Part shown: one piece after another, positions 47,662-57,665 of the stretch
Numbering within the stretch: position 1 is the stretch's first letter
Layout of the letters: every line of letters begins with the position of its first letter
The notes under the pieces: model-generated
Database searches by the model: none
Seen by the model: the letters and a program-made list of their open reading frames with translations, nothing else
What the model was told of the DNA's origin: nothing
Assembly: GCA_028716565.1 (NCBI GenBank)
Contig: JAQUPL010000007.1
Coordinates: 10,819-74,818, forward strand
Source: Candidatus Omnitrophota bacterium
GTDB lineage: Bacteria; Omnitrophota; Gorgyraeia; Pluralincolimonadales; Pluralincolimonadaceae
DNA length: 64,000 bases
Direction: 5' to 3'
Made by a program: the position numbers and the translations under genes

Positions 47662-48915
47662 TTATCTACGGAGATTATAACACAAGGACAAAAGCGAGGC
47701 AAGGAATAGAAAGACCGTTGGAGGTTCCGGGACGAGGCCGTTCATCGCTTCCGCGTTAGACATTATGATGCCTATGGTAGAGGCGTCGGCCGGATAGAAT
47801 ACCCCGAACCCGTCGTTATGGCCCGAGCCGTCGGCTTCCAACATCCAAAAATTAGAGCCGGCCATAGAACTCCCCCTGGCAGCGGCCTCATAGACCGCGG
47901 CGAGATACGCCCGGTACCATGTATCCCTTACGTCTGCGGGCAGCTGTTTGCCGAACTCCTCGAAGATGAGCGGCTTATTCAGGATGTCGGCGTCGGAGAC
48001 GTGCTGCTCTATCCAGGCAAGGGCCTGCTGCATATCCCAGTTCCAGAAATCGGAATATACATGGAGCGTCGCGAAATCTATATTGGCGAGATTATGGTCC
48101 CCCACGAAATCCCCTCCTGTCGAACCGTTCTGGTACCACTGCGATCCCCTGTCCTTATAGAACCCTTCCACGCCGGTCGTGACGAGATGGTTCGCGTCGT
48201 TGGCCTTTACATAAGAGCTCATCTCGTCGAGCCAGTTGCGCAGTTTCGCGCCGGTAGGGTCTGATTCCGCCCTCGCCTCGTTAGCCAATTCCCACGCCAT
48301 GATGGTCGGGTCGTCTTTATAGACCCTGCCGTTATAAGTATTCGTCCTGTTCATGACGGTAGTGACGTAATCCTTATACCACTGCCTGGTAGCAGGATCG
48401 GTATAAAAATCATCATGGCTTGCGGCGGACGGACTGAAGCTGTTATACCAGTTCATCCCGCCGTAATCGTCCCAGTTGTTGACGAGGGTGGGAAGGACGC
48501 GTATGCCGTAGCTCTCGGCCTTATACAGGACATAATCAAGGCCCTTGAAGGCGCTCTCATTGTATACGCCCGGGGCTGTCTGGTAAGCCCACGAAACCGG
48601 ATAACCGTCCCTGTTCGCGCCGCCGTCATTAAAGGCCCATGTCCTGATGACGCTCAGCCCCATCTCCTTGGCCGACGACAGGACCCGGTCTACCATCGGC
48701 CGGTAAGTTTCGTCCTCGGCGAAATAGCTCAGGTAAAAATTGTTCGTGCCCGTGTAATAGAACGGCTGGCCGCCCGAATAGAACTGGCTACCGCTTCTCG
48801 TGACAAAGCTGTCTATCTCTGCCCGGCAGGAATAAGCCGTTATCAGGCTGATTATAACCGCGAAGTAAAATAGTATACTCTGGTATATCTTTACTGGGCA
48901 TTTTTTTAGCAACAT
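47662..48915 (-). CDS. glycoside hydrolase family 5 (beta-mannanase/cellulase-like), secreted
   Basis: Signal peptide; IRTWAFNDGG and catalytic WELANEAR (NE acid/base). Confidence 0.75.
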   Translation of the reverse strand: MLLKKCPVKIYQSILFYFAVIISLITAYSCRAEIDSFVTRSGSQFYSGGQPFYYTGTNNFYLSYFAEDETYRPMVDRVLSSAKEMGLSVIRTWAFNDGGANRDGYPVSWAYQTAPGVYNESAFKGLDYVLYKAESYGIRVLPTLVNNWDDYGGMNWYNSFSPSAASHDDFYTDPATRQWYKDYVTTVMNRTNTYNGRVYKDDPTIMAWELANEARAESDPTGAKLRNWLDEMSSYVKANDANHLVTTGVEGFYKDRGSQWYQNGSTGGDFVGDHNLANIDFATLHVYSDFWNWDMQQALAWIEQHVSDADILNKPLIFEEFGKQLPADVRDTWYRAYLAAVYEAAARGSSMAGSNFWMLEADGSGHNDGFGVFYPADASTIGIIMSNAEAMNGLVPEPPTVFLFLASLLSLCYNLRR

Positions 48916-49056
48916 TACTATCTCCTGGTTACATTAAGGAAGGAACTGCGGGATGCTGCCGATATAGCCGGCTTCCAACCCGCGAAGATTATACCATAAA
49001 AATCAAATACGGCAATTAAAATTATTTGCTTTTTTGTAGGAAATTTTATTGTTATA

Positions 49057-51339
49057 ATGCTGTCTATGAGACGACCCTTATATCTTGCGGTCTTTATCTT
49101 CGGTTTCGCGGCAATGGCAGTCCAGATCCTGCTGATGCGGGAACTCCTGGTGGTCTTCTACGGCAACGAGCTATCCGCGGGAATAATGCTCGCCTCGTGG
49201 CTCTTCTGGGTCGCGGCGGGAAGTTTCGCGGCGAGATTTAAAAAATTCCGGGAAGGGATATTCCACTTACTCCTCCTCTCCGTCGCTGTGATCGTACCCG
49301 CGACGATATACCTTATAAGGGACATGAGGAACATCCTCGGCGTATCCGCCGGCGAGCTGATCGGGCTTGCGCCGATGGCTCTCTCCGTCTTCATCCTGCT
49401 CGCGCCGGCGTGCTTCGTCTTCGGTTCCCTTTTTGCCGTAAGCTGCCTTCTCGCCTCGCCGGAACCGGGCTCGGCGCCGTCAGCCGCGGGAAAAATATAC
49501 ATGATCGAATCGCTCGGCGCTGTCGCGGGAGGCATCGCCTTCAACCTGCTTTTGATCTATATCTTCGGCCCTTTACAGATAGCTTTATTTTGCGGTTTAT
49601 TAAGCATCATCGCCGCTCTCATCATGGCTGACAGGAGGAAAGCTCCGGTAAGATGGGCCGCGACAGCCGTCTTCATGTATTCCGTTGCCATCTATATCCT
49701 CTTCCCTTCGGGACTGGCCGATTTCCGCATGAGGGAGATGCAATGGAAGGGCCTCGAGTTGATCTCCGTAAAAGATTCCAAATACGGGAATATCGCGCTC
49801 ACCAGGCTCGGGCCCCAGTTCAACCTGTTTGAGAACGGCCTCCTTACCGCGGCGACCGGCGATCTTCTGACCGCCGAGGAGTCGGTCCATTACGCGATGC
49901 TTGAACATCCCGCGCCCAAAAAGGTCCTGCTTATAGGCGGGGCGCTGAACGGGGCGCTCGACGAAGTTTTAAGGCATCCCGTCGAGTCGGTCGATTGCGT
50001 CGAGCTTGATCCCGAATCGGTGGAGATGGCAAAAGAAAGATATGGGGACACCCTGTCCAAAGGCGGAGTGTACCCTTTACTGGCTTGCCTCTCCGACCCC
50101 AGGGTAAAGATGCATTATCTTGATGCCAGGCTCTTTGTAAAGGAAAGAGCCCTGGCACTGGACGCGCCTTCCTCGCGATACGACGTAATAATACTTACCC
50201 TCCCGAACCCTTACACGGCGCAGATAAACAGGTTCTACTCCTTCGAGTTCTACGGCGAAGCAAAACGCATCCTCGATGAGAAAGGGATATTTTCCTTCGG
50301 GGTCTCTTCCTCCGCGGATTACATCAGCGCCGACCTGGCGCGTTTTTTGAAGTGCCTCGTCCTTACCCTTTCAAAACATTTTTCCGATATAAAGATAATT
50401 CCCGGGGAGAACGATTATTTTCTCGCCTCTACGGCCGCGGGGATACTGACATATGACTATAAGACGCTTATCGCCAGGGCCAAGGAGAGGGGTCTCAACC
50501 TGAAATACGTAAATGAACATTACCTGCCGGATAAGCTGGACCCGATGCGCGTAGAATACCTTGAGGCCGCGATAAAAGGCGCGAGGGGCGCGAAGATCAA
50601 CTTCGACCTGCGGCCCGTCGGATATTATTATGACATGGTCCTCTGGTCGGAGCGGGTCGACCCGCGGCTCAAGTCCTTCTTCCGGGGATTGAGTACCTTC
50701 AATTGGGGGATAATGCTGGGCATCGCGGGTTTTGCCTTCATCGGGCTGGCGCTTCTGCGCGGGAGGAACGCCTCTTTAAAACGAATGCCGTATTTCGTCT
50801 CTATCGGGACGTCCGGTTTCTCGACAATGCTGCTGCAGGTAGTCCTGATACTCGCCTTCCAGTCGGCATACGGCTATGTATATTATAAAATAGGGCTTAT
50901 ATTCGCCTCGTTCATGCTGGGGCTTGCCGGCGGCAGCTTTATAGGCACGAATTTGATAAAAAATGACGGGCGGCTCGCGAGGCAGTACTTCAATATCCAG
51001 GCCGGCCTATGCGCATACTGCCTGCTCCTTCCCGTCGTATTCCGGCTGGGCTGGATATCTGAGGGCCTCTTCCTGCTGTTGCCGGCGGCCGCGGGACTTC
51101 TGGGAGGGCTGCAGTTCACTATGGCGAACAGGATATGTTCCGGCGGCAGCAACGGGAATGCGGCGCCGGCGATCTACGCGGTCGATCTCCTGGGCGCGTG
51201 CGCCGGCTCGCTGATAACCGCCGCGATAATGATACCTGTCAAGGGGATCGAGTTCGCGTGCATCTCTGCGGGATTCGTGAATCTTGCGGTATTGGTATTA
51301 CTCGCGGGCGGGGATCAACTCTTCCGCTCCAGGACATAA
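49057..51339 (+). CDS. polytopic membrane protein fused to a spermidine-synthase-like (aminopropyltransferase/methyltransferase-fold) domain
   Basis: About 8 N-terminal and about 6 C-terminal TM helices flanking VLLIGGALNGALDEVLRHPVESVDCVELDPESVEMAKERYG ... VIILTLPNPYTAQINRFYSFEFY. Confidence 0.7.
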   Translation: MLSMRRPLYLAVFIFGFAAMAVQILLMRELLVVFYGNELSAGIMLASWLFWVAAGSFAARFKKFREGIFHLLLLSVAVIVPATIYLIRDMRNILGVSAGELIGLAPMALSVFILLAPACFVFGSLFAVSCLLASPEPGSAPSAAGKIYMIESLGAVAGGIAFNLLLIYIFGPLQIALFCGLLSIIAALIMADRRKAPVRWAATAVFMYSVAIYILFPSGLADFRMREMQWKGLELISVKDSKYGNIALTRLGPQFNLFENGLLTAATGDLLTAEESVHYAMLEHPAPKKVLLIGGALNGALDEVLRHPVESVDCVELDPESVEMAKERYGDTLSKGGVYPLLACLSDPRVKMHYLDARLFVKERALALDAPSSRYDVIILTLPNPYTAQINRFYSFEFYGEAKRILDEKGIFSFGVSSSADYISADLARFLKCLVLTLSKHFSDIKIIPGENDYFLASTAAGILTYDYKTLIARAKERGLNLKYVNEHYLPDKLDPMRVEYLEAAIKGARGAKINFDLRPVGYYYDMVLWSERVDPRLKSFFRGLSTFNWGIMLGIAGFAFIGLALLRGRNASLKRMPYFVSIGTSGFSTMLLQVVLILAFQSAYGYVYYKIGLIFASFMLGLAGGSFIGTNLIKNDGRLARQYFNIQAGLCAYCLLLPVVFRLGWISEGLFLLLPAAAGLLGGLQFTMANRICSGGSNGNAAPAIYAVDLLGACAGSLITAAIMIPVKGIEFACISAGFVNLAVLVLLAGGDQLFRSRT

Positions 51340-52295
51340 TCGGCGATCTCACAAAAGGTCTTCCGGAGCATGCCGTCGCCGTCGGCGAGCTTCTTCTTGG
51401 CCAGCTTCACGTAATCCGACGCTATGCCCTTTGAACGCGATATCGCCCCGGAGCTCAACGCCTTCTCCCTCAGTATACGGTGGGAAGATTTTCCGCCCGA
51501 AGTGATGAGTTCGACTATACCCATCCTGCCCTTCCTGCCGGCGTTCTTTAATAGGAATATTATGGGCAGGGTGAGTTTTCCCTTCTCCATGTCCTGCCAG
51601 ACGGTTTTCCCGAGCTGGCTCTCCTCCCCGACGAGGTCAAGGCAGTCGTCCGTTATCTGGAACGCCACGCCCAGATAAAGCCCGTAAGCCGCGAGCCGGT
51701 TTATCTTATCCTCGCTGAGGCGCCCGAGCATGCCGCCGGCTGCGCAGCAGTCCGAGATGAGGTACGCGCTCTTCCTTTTTATTATATCGAGATAATCGTC
51801 TTCGGTAATATCGAAATTATAGGTGTTCGCCAGCTGGGCAAGCTCCCCCTCGCACATCCTGGCGGCCGTCTTGGAGAACACGGTCATTATCCCCGGCTCG
51901 TCGAGCTTCGAGACTATGTCGAAGGCACGCGCCAAAAGATAATCACCGGCTATCACTGAGACGGCGTTGCCCCACTTGCTGTTTATCGTCCGCTGGCTGC
52001 GCCTTAATACCGCCTCATCTATTATATCGTCGTGCACGAGGCTCGCGGCATGTATAAGCTCTATCGCCACGCCGAGCGATACGGCCTTCTCCATATCGCC
52101 TTCGCCCAATTTGGCCGAAAGCAGCACGAGCGTAGGCCTGAAGAATTTGCCGTGCGCCTTCGACAGGTAACTTCCTATCCCCCGTATCGGCTCGGATTGC
52201 CATTTGAGCTGGTGCGAGTAATTGCTCTTCACCGCGGCGAGTTCCGCGGCGACGGGCCTTATTATCCTCTCAAGTTCTTTCGCGCTGTCTTTCAT
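51315..52295 (-). CDS. ispB: long-chain polyprenyl diphosphate synthase
   Basis: First DDxxD LVHDDIIDEA and second FQITDDCLD aspartate-rich motifs. Confidence 0.85.
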   Translation of the reverse strand: MKDSAKELERIIRPVAAELAAVKSNYSHQLKWQSEPIRGIGSYLSKAHGKFFRPTLVLLSAKLGEGDMEKAVSLGVAIELIHAASLVHDDIIDEAVLRRSQRTINSKWGNAVSVIAGDYLLARAFDIVSKLDEPGIMTVFSKTAARMCEGELAQLANTYNFDITEDDYLDIIKRKSAYLISDCCAAGGMLGRLSEDKINRLAAYGLYLGVAFQITDDCLDLVGEESQLGKTVWQDMEKGKLTLPIIFLLKNAGRKGRMGIVELITSGGKSSHRILREKALSSGAISRSKGIASDYVKLAKKKLADGDGMLRKTFCEIADYVLERKS

Positions 52296-52477
52296 CAGCC
52301 GGCCAATCTCCTGTAATAACGGCCTTCTTTATCCGAGACATTGCTGCCGTCCGCCTTGCTCTTAAAAACACCGGCAAACGCTTTTAGCGGCGAGCCGAAC
52401 AAGGCCAGCGCGGCAATGATCAATATGTTCCTTTTCAGGAATTCCCTCCTGGTCATCCCTTCTTTGCGCGTATCCAT
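52295..52477 (-). CDS. small Tat-signal protein (likely start MDTRKEGMTRREFLK)
   Basis: Twin-arginine motif RREFLK plus hydrophobic region and AFA cleavage site. The upstream part of the ORF-track call overlaps the radical SAM gene. Confidence 0.4.
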   Translation of the reverse strand: MDTRKEGMTRREFLKRNILIIAALALFGSPLKAFAGVFKSKADGSNVSDKEGRYYRRLAG

Positions 52478-52490
52478 CTTTCCTCCTTTG

Positions 52491-53474
52491 TCACTGCCAG
52501 ACTCCCGGGATCGCCTCATTGCAAGAGGAACATCTTCCGTTTGCGACATTATTTTCCAGCACATCGTAGCCGATGCGCTTTATTAAAAGCTTCCCGCACT
52601 TGGGACAATAGGTATTATTCCCGTCGTGTGAGGGGATATTCCCGACATAGGCGTAACGGACGCCCCTATTTTTTGCCATCTTCCACGCCGCGTCAAGCGT
52701 CTCTTCCGGGGTCGGCGGCAGGTTCTTTAACTGGTACTGCGGCCAGAATTTGGAAAAATGCAGCGGGACATCGGCACCCACATTCTCGACCGTCCAGTCG
52801 ATAAGGCGGGCCAGATCATCTTTTTTGTCGTTTAGCGTCGGGACTATCAGGTTGACCAGCTCCATCCAGACCCTGCGTTCTTTGATCGCCTTTATCGTGT
52901 CGAGGACCGGTCGAAGCCTACCAAAAGAGACCTTATTGTAAAATTCTTCAGTTATCCCCTTGAAATCCACCTTTATCGCATCGACCGCCGAGCAGAGGTC
53001 ATCAAGCGGCTTAGGGTTGATATATCCGGCGGTAATAAATACGCTTTTGATGCCCGCTTTCCGGCCGATCTTCGCGGTATCCAGGACATATTCCAAATAT
53101 ATGACGGGATCATTATAAGTATACGCTATCGACCTGCAGTTATACGCAGCCGCCCTTCGCGCCAATTCCCCCGGTGGGAGGTCGATATTGTCGGTCTCTT
53201 CCGGATCCGACTGCGAGATGTCCCAGTTCTGGCAGTATTTGCAGTGCAGGTTACATCCGGCCGTTCCTATCGAGAACGCGGATGAGGCGGGAAGAAAATG
53301 GTAGAGGGGCTTCTTTTCGATGGGGTCCACGTGGACGGCGCACGGCTTTCCGTAGACGAGGCTTATTACCTTGCCGCCTCTGTTCGACCTCGCCCTGCAG
53401 TTACCCTTTTGTCCTTCATCGAGGACGCATCCGTTGGGGCATAACTCGCATTGTACGAGATCTCCCTTTGCCAT
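52491..53474 (-). CDS. AmmeMemoRadiSam-system radical SAM enzyme (PflA-like activase family)
   Basis: N-terminal CELCPNGCVL ... GNCRAR cluster plus CNLHCKYCQNWDIS (CxxxCxxC). Confidence 0.8.
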   Translation of the reverse strand: MAKGDLVQCELCPNGCVLDEGQKGNCRARSNRGGKVISLVYGKPCAVHVDPIEKKPLYHFLPASSAFSIGTAGCNLHCKYCQNWDISQSDPEETDNIDLPPGELARRAAAYNCRSIAYTYNDPVIYLEYVLDTAKIGRKAGIKSVFITAGYINPKPLDDLCSAVDAIKVDFKGITEEFYNKVSFGRLRPVLDTIKAIKERRVWMELVNLIVPTLNDKKDDLARLIDWTVENVGADVPLHFSKFWPQYQLKNLPPTPEETLDAAWKMAKNRGVRYAYVGNIPSHDGNNTYCPKCGKLLIKRIGYDVLENNVANGRCSSCNEAIPGVWQ

Positions 53475-53492
53475 ACTGACCCCTTTACCGGC

Positions 53493-54887
53493 TTATTCTT
53501 CGTCGGAGACAAAAAGCTCGGGGAGGAACTTCTTAACTTTCCTCAGCATCTCCTGGTTAGAGATTACGGTCGTCCGGCCTTTGGCGTATTCGGAATCGAC
53601 CCACTCCTTTATCTTGATGACCCCGGGGTTATCTTTCGTGACCTGCTCATCCTTGCCCAAGTTCAAATAAAGGTTAAGCCACTTGGCTATCCCGGCTACG
53701 CCGGATTTGTCGTTTATCGCGACCGTGACCTTCTTCTTGAGGATCTTCTCGGTATTAAATACGTTGTAGATCTCCTCGTCCTTCATCAGGCCGTCGGCGT
53801 GGATACCCGCGCTCGTCATATTGAAACTCCTGCCGACGAACGGCTGGTTATGCGGGATCTCGTAGCCTATCTCTTTAGTGAAATATTCGGCGATATCGGT
53901 GATGGCGGTCGTATCTATGCCGTCCTTGACGCCGCGGAGGGCGAGGTACTCCATCACGAGGCCCTCGATAGGGGTGTTGCCGGTCCTCTCGCCTATGCCC
54001 AGCATAGCGCCGTTAGCAGCGCAGCAGCCGTAAAGCCAGGACGTGGTCGCGTTGATAAGCCCGTGATAGAAATCGTTGTGGCCGTGCCACTCGAGCTGCT
54101 CCGAGGGGACTTCGGCGAGGTTCACCAGCCCGTAGATTATCCCTTTGACGCTCCTCGGGAGCGCGGTGCCGGGATAAGTCACGCCGTAGCCCATGGTATC
54201 GCAGGCCCTTATCTTTATCGGGATCTTCGCCTCCTTGGAAAGCTCCATCAGCTCCTGGACGAACGGGACGACAAAGCCGTAAAAATCGGCGCGGGTTATA
54301 TCCTCGAGGTGGCACCTCGGGATGATCCCCATGTCGAGCGCGGACTTGACGATGCCCAGGTACATGTCCATCGCCTGTTTCCTCGTCTTCTTGAGCTTGA
54401 GGAATATGTGGTAGTCGGACGCGGAGGTAAGTATCCCGGTCTCTTTAAGGCCCATCTCCTTGACGAGCTTGAAATCTTCTTTTACCGGCCTTATCCATCC
54501 TGTAACATGGGGAAATTTATAGCCGAGCTCCTGGCACTTCCTCACCGCATCCTTGTCCTTATCGGTATAAAGGAAGAACTCGCATTGCCTTATGAGCCCC
54601 TGCGAACCGCCGAGCCTGTGCAGCATCCCGTAGAGGTCGACTATCTGCTTTACCGTGAACGGCGGGAGGGACTGCTGGCCGTCCCTGAATGTCGTATCCG
54701 TGATCCAGATATCGTCGGGCGGGTTCATGGGGACTATCCGGTGATTGAACACGATCTTCGGGACATCGGTATAATTGAATATCTCCCTGAAGAGGTTCGG
54801 GTCATCGATATCCTGGAGCTCGTACCTGTAATACTCTTCCTCGAGGGTGTTCGTCTTCTTATTAAATTTTATCTCGCCTTTTCTCAT
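53493..54887 (-). CDS. HMGL-like (DRE-TIM) acyl-CoA:2-oxoacid condensing enzyme of the LeuA/homocitrate/Re-citrate synthase family
   Basis: ITDTTFRDGQQS and HGHNDFYHGLINATTSWLYGCCAANGAMLGIGERTGNTPIEGLV. Carries an N-terminal extension absent from typical LeuA. Confidence 0.7.
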   Translation of the reverse strand: MRKGEIKFNKKTNTLEEEYYRYELQDIDDPNLFREIFNYTDVPKIVFNHRIVPMNPPDDIWITDTTFRDGQQSLPPFTVKQIVDLYGMLHRLGGSQGLIRQCEFFLYTDKDKDAVRKCQELGYKFPHVTGWIRPVKEDFKLVKEMGLKETGILTSASDYHIFLKLKKTRKQAMDMYLGIVKSALDMGIIPRCHLEDITRADFYGFVVPFVQELMELSKEAKIPIKIRACDTMGYGVTYPGTALPRSVKGIIYGLVNLAEVPSEQLEWHGHNDFYHGLINATTSWLYGCCAANGAMLGIGERTGNTPIEGLVMEYLALRGVKDGIDTTAITDIAEYFTKEIGYEIPHNQPFVGRSFNMTSAGIHADGLMKDEEIYNVFNTEKILKKKVTVAINDKSGVAGIAKWLNLYLNLGKDEQVTKDNPGVIKIKEWVDSEYAKGRTTVISNQEMLRKVKKFLPELFVSDEE

Positions 54888-54904
54888 CGTCTTGCCTCTT
54901 CCCG

Positions 54905-55846
54905 TTAAACCAGACCGGATTTTTTTAGGTAACTTATCCCTTCCCTGACCTGTTCAGCAGACCAGCGGAGCGCCGCCAGTTCCTTGTCCGAAAGTTTCAA
55001 TTCCACCGTTTCTTCGACGCCGTCCTCCCCTATCCTGGCAGGGACGCCGCAATAAAGGTCCTTGATCCCGTATTGCCCGTCCAGATAGGCGCTTACCGGG
55101 AACATCTCGTTCTTATCCTTGATGACCGCCTCGAGCATTTCGCAGACCGCGCTCGACGGAGCGTAAAAAGCGCTTCCCGTTTTAAGGAGCGAGACGATCT
55201 CTGCGCCGCCGTCGCGCGTCCTTTGTATTATGGCCTTAAGTTCGCCTTCGGGTATCAATTCTGAGACCGGCCCGCCTTTCACCTTGGTGTATTCGACAAG
55301 CGGGACCATCGAATCGCCGTGGCCTCCGAGGACCATAGCCTCCACTTCCGACGGCAATACGCCGAGCTTTTCCGCTATGAAATATTTGAACCTCGCCGTA
55401 TCGAGCACCCCGGCCATCCCGAAGACCCTCCTGCTCTCAAAACCGGAGACCTTGTAAGCCAGGTATGCCATTATATCCAGCGGGTTCGTCACCATTATTA
55501 TAATAGATCCCGGGCAATATTTGCGTATATTCTCAGCCGCCTCCTTGACGATTGCCGCGTTCTTGACGAGGAGGTCCTCGCGCGTCATCCCGGGTTTGCG
55601 GGCCAGGCCGGCGGTCACGATGACCGCGCCCGAGCCTTTTATGAGCGAATAGTCCGAGCCCCCCTCTATCTTAAAATTATACTCTTCCGTCGAGGCCGCC
55701 TGGCCGAGATCTAAGGCCTTGCCCTTCGCCAGCCCTTCGGCGATATCGACGAGCACGACATCGGCGAGTTTCCTCTCCACTATCCTCTGCGCGCATGTCC
55801 CGCCGACCTGTCCGGCGCCTATGACAGCGACCTTGAGATTATTCAA
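54905..55846 (-). CDS. mdh: L-lactate/malate dehydrogenase family (likely malate dehydrogenase)
   Basis: Rossmann VAVIGAGQVGG; LDH-like MDH pattern (IIIMVTNPLD, GGHGDSMVP). Confidence 0.8.
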   Translation of the reverse strand: MNNLKVAVIGAGQVGGTCAQRIVERKLADVVLVDIAEGLAKGKALDLGQAASTEEYNFKIEGGSDYSLIKGSGAVIVTAGLARKPGMTREDLLVKNAAIVKEAAENIRKYCPGSIIIMVTNPLDIMAYLAYKVSGFESRRVFGMAGVLDTARFKYFIAEKLGVLPSEVEAMVLGGHGDSMVPLVEYTKVKGGPVSELIPEGELKAIIQRTRDGGAEIVSLLKTGSAFYAPSSAVCEMLEAVIKDKNEMFPVSAYLDGQYGIKDLYCGVPARIGEDGVEETVELKLSDKELAALRWSAEQVREGISYLKKSGLV

Positions 55847-56339
55847 TCTTGAAATCCCCGTGTTTCTTTATATGGTCTACGAGCCCGCCGTCCCCGAGTA
55901 TCTGCGTCATCGCTTTCGGGAGTGGCGCGAATTTCAGGTCGATCTTATTTGTCACATCCCTTATCACGCCCTTCTCAAGGTTCACCTCGAGTTCGTCACC
56001 GGCGGAAATTTTATCGGTATCGCACTCTATTGCCGGCAGTCCTATGTTTATCGCGTTCCTGAAGAATATCCTCGCGAACGATTTTGCGAGCACGCACGAA
56101 ACGCCCGCCAATTTTATAATGGTAGGGGCGTGTTCTCTCGACGAACCTAGGCCAAAGTTCCTACCCCCTACCACTAGATCGCCCTTCGCGACCTTCGAGG
56201 CGAACTGCGGGTCCGCGTCCTCGAGGACGTGTTTCGCGAGCTCGTTAAGGTCAGACCTGAGGTGGAAATATCTTCCCGGGGCGATAAGGTCGGTAGATAT
56301 ATCGTTGCCGAACTTCCACGCCTTTCCGCGTAATATCAT
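55839..56339 (-). CDS. LeuD-type small subunit of aconitase-family dehydratase
   Basis: MILRGKAWKFGNDISTDLIAPGRYF ... archaeal-type small subunit. Its ATG overlaps the large-subunit stop (TAATG). The ORF-track call (to 56705) is an upstream over-extension. Confidence 0.8.
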   Translation of the reverse strand: MILRGKAWKFGNDISTDLIAPGRYFHLRSDLNELAKHVLEDADPQFASKVAKGDLVVGGRNFGLGSSREHAPTIIKLAGVSCVLAKSFARIFFRNAINIGLPAIECDTDKISAGDELEVNLEKGVIRDVTNKIDLKFAPLPKAMTQILGDGGLVDHIKKHGDFKIE

Positions 56340-57592
56340 TATAGATACTCCCTGGGGTCGGTTACCTCGCCCTTGATCGCCGAGGCGGCCGCAGTTGCCG
56401 GCGAAGCGAGATATATGGAACTCTTGGGATTGCCCATCCTGCCGAGAAAATTCCTGTTGGATGTGGAGATACAATTCTCGCCGTCTCCCAGTATGCCGCC
56501 GTGCACCCCGACGCACGCGCCGCAGCCCGGGGTAGTCACCGTCGCCCCGAACTCTATGAATGTCTCGAGCAGCCCTTCCTTGGCCGCCATAAGGTATACG
56601 TCCTTCGACGCCGGCGTCACGATGACGCGCGTATCCGGATCGCGCTTGCGGCCTTTCCATATCGCCGCGACCAATTTCAGGTCCTCTATCCTGCCGTTCG
56701 TGCACGAGCCGATAAAGACCTGGTGTATCTTTACCTTCCCGATCTTATCTATAGGCTTGGCATTATCGACCGTATGCGGAAGGGAGACCATAGGCACCAG
56801 TTTATCGACTTCGATATTTATCACTTTCTCGAATTTCGCGTCCTTGTCCGATTTCATCTCGCGGTACTTCTCTTCCCTGCCGTGCTGTTTAAGATATGCC
56901 TTGGTTACCTTATCGGAGGCGAATATGCCGGCCTTGGCCCCGGCCTCGACAGCCATATTAGATACTACCAGCCGCTCCGACATCGGGAGTGATACCATCG
57001 CCTCGCCGGTAAACTCGAGGGCCTTATAAGTGGCCCCCTCGGCACCGAGCGTGCCGATAAGATACAACATGAAATCTTTTGCGTATACGCCGGGCTTGAA
57101 TTTACCGCTGACCGCTATCTTTATCGTCTGAGGGACGCGGAACCACGTCTTGCCGAGGCCCATGGCGACGGCCACATCTGTAGATCCCATCCCTGTCGCG
57201 AAAGCGCCCAATGCCCCGCCGGTGCAGGTATGGGAATCGGCGCCGACAAGGACGTTGCCCGGCGAGGTGAAAAGCTCGCTCATTATCTGGTGGCATACCC
57301 CCTCGCCTATCTCGAACAGGTAACAGCCCGTCTTCCTCGCGAAATTCCTCAACGTTATGTGGTCGTTCGAAAGCTCTTTCCTGGGCGACGGCGCCGCGTG
57401 GTCGAGAAATACGGCAATGCCCTGCGGGTTGACGACTTTTTTTATCCCCAACTGCTCGAGCTGCTTTACCGCGAGCGGCCCGGTGCCGTCCTGCAGGAGG
57501 CAAAGGTCCACCTTGGCAATGACAAAATCGTCCGCCTTTACGTCCTTCCCGGAATGCTCGGACAATATCTTTTCGGAAATTGTTTTTCCCAT
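56339..57592 (-). CDS. LeuC-type large subunit of aconitase-family dehydratase (3-isopropylmalate dehydratase / homoaconitase / aconitase)
   Basis: 417 aa; archaeal-type LeuC/HACN pattern with Fe-S cysteines (GSCTNGR, PGCGACVG). Confidence 0.85.
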   Translation of the reverse strand: MGKTISEKILSEHSGKDVKADDFVIAKVDLCLLQDGTGPLAVKQLEQLGIKKVVNPQGIAVFLDHAAPSPRKELSNDHITLRNFARKTGCYLFEIGEGVCHQIMSELFTSPGNVLVGADSHTCTGGALGAFATGMGSTDVAVAMGLGKTWFRVPQTIKIAVSGKFKPGVYAKDFMLYLIGTLGAEGATYKALEFTGEAMVSLPMSERLVVSNMAVEAGAKAGIFASDKVTKAYLKQHGREEKYREMKSDKDAKFEKVINIEVDKLVPMVSLPHTVDNAKPIDKIGKVKIHQVFIGSCTNGRIEDLKLVAAIWKGRKRDPDTRVIVTPASKDVYLMAAKEGLLETFIEFGATVTTPGCGACVGVHGGILGDGENCISTSNRNFLGRMGNPKSSIYLASPATAAASAIKGEVTDPREYL

Positions 57593-57665
57593 ATGTGTCT
57601 TATTAGGTATAAAGCCCGGGGGATTCGAAGGTCCCGGGCTTTATTTGAGATTCAAAGAAATGCTT

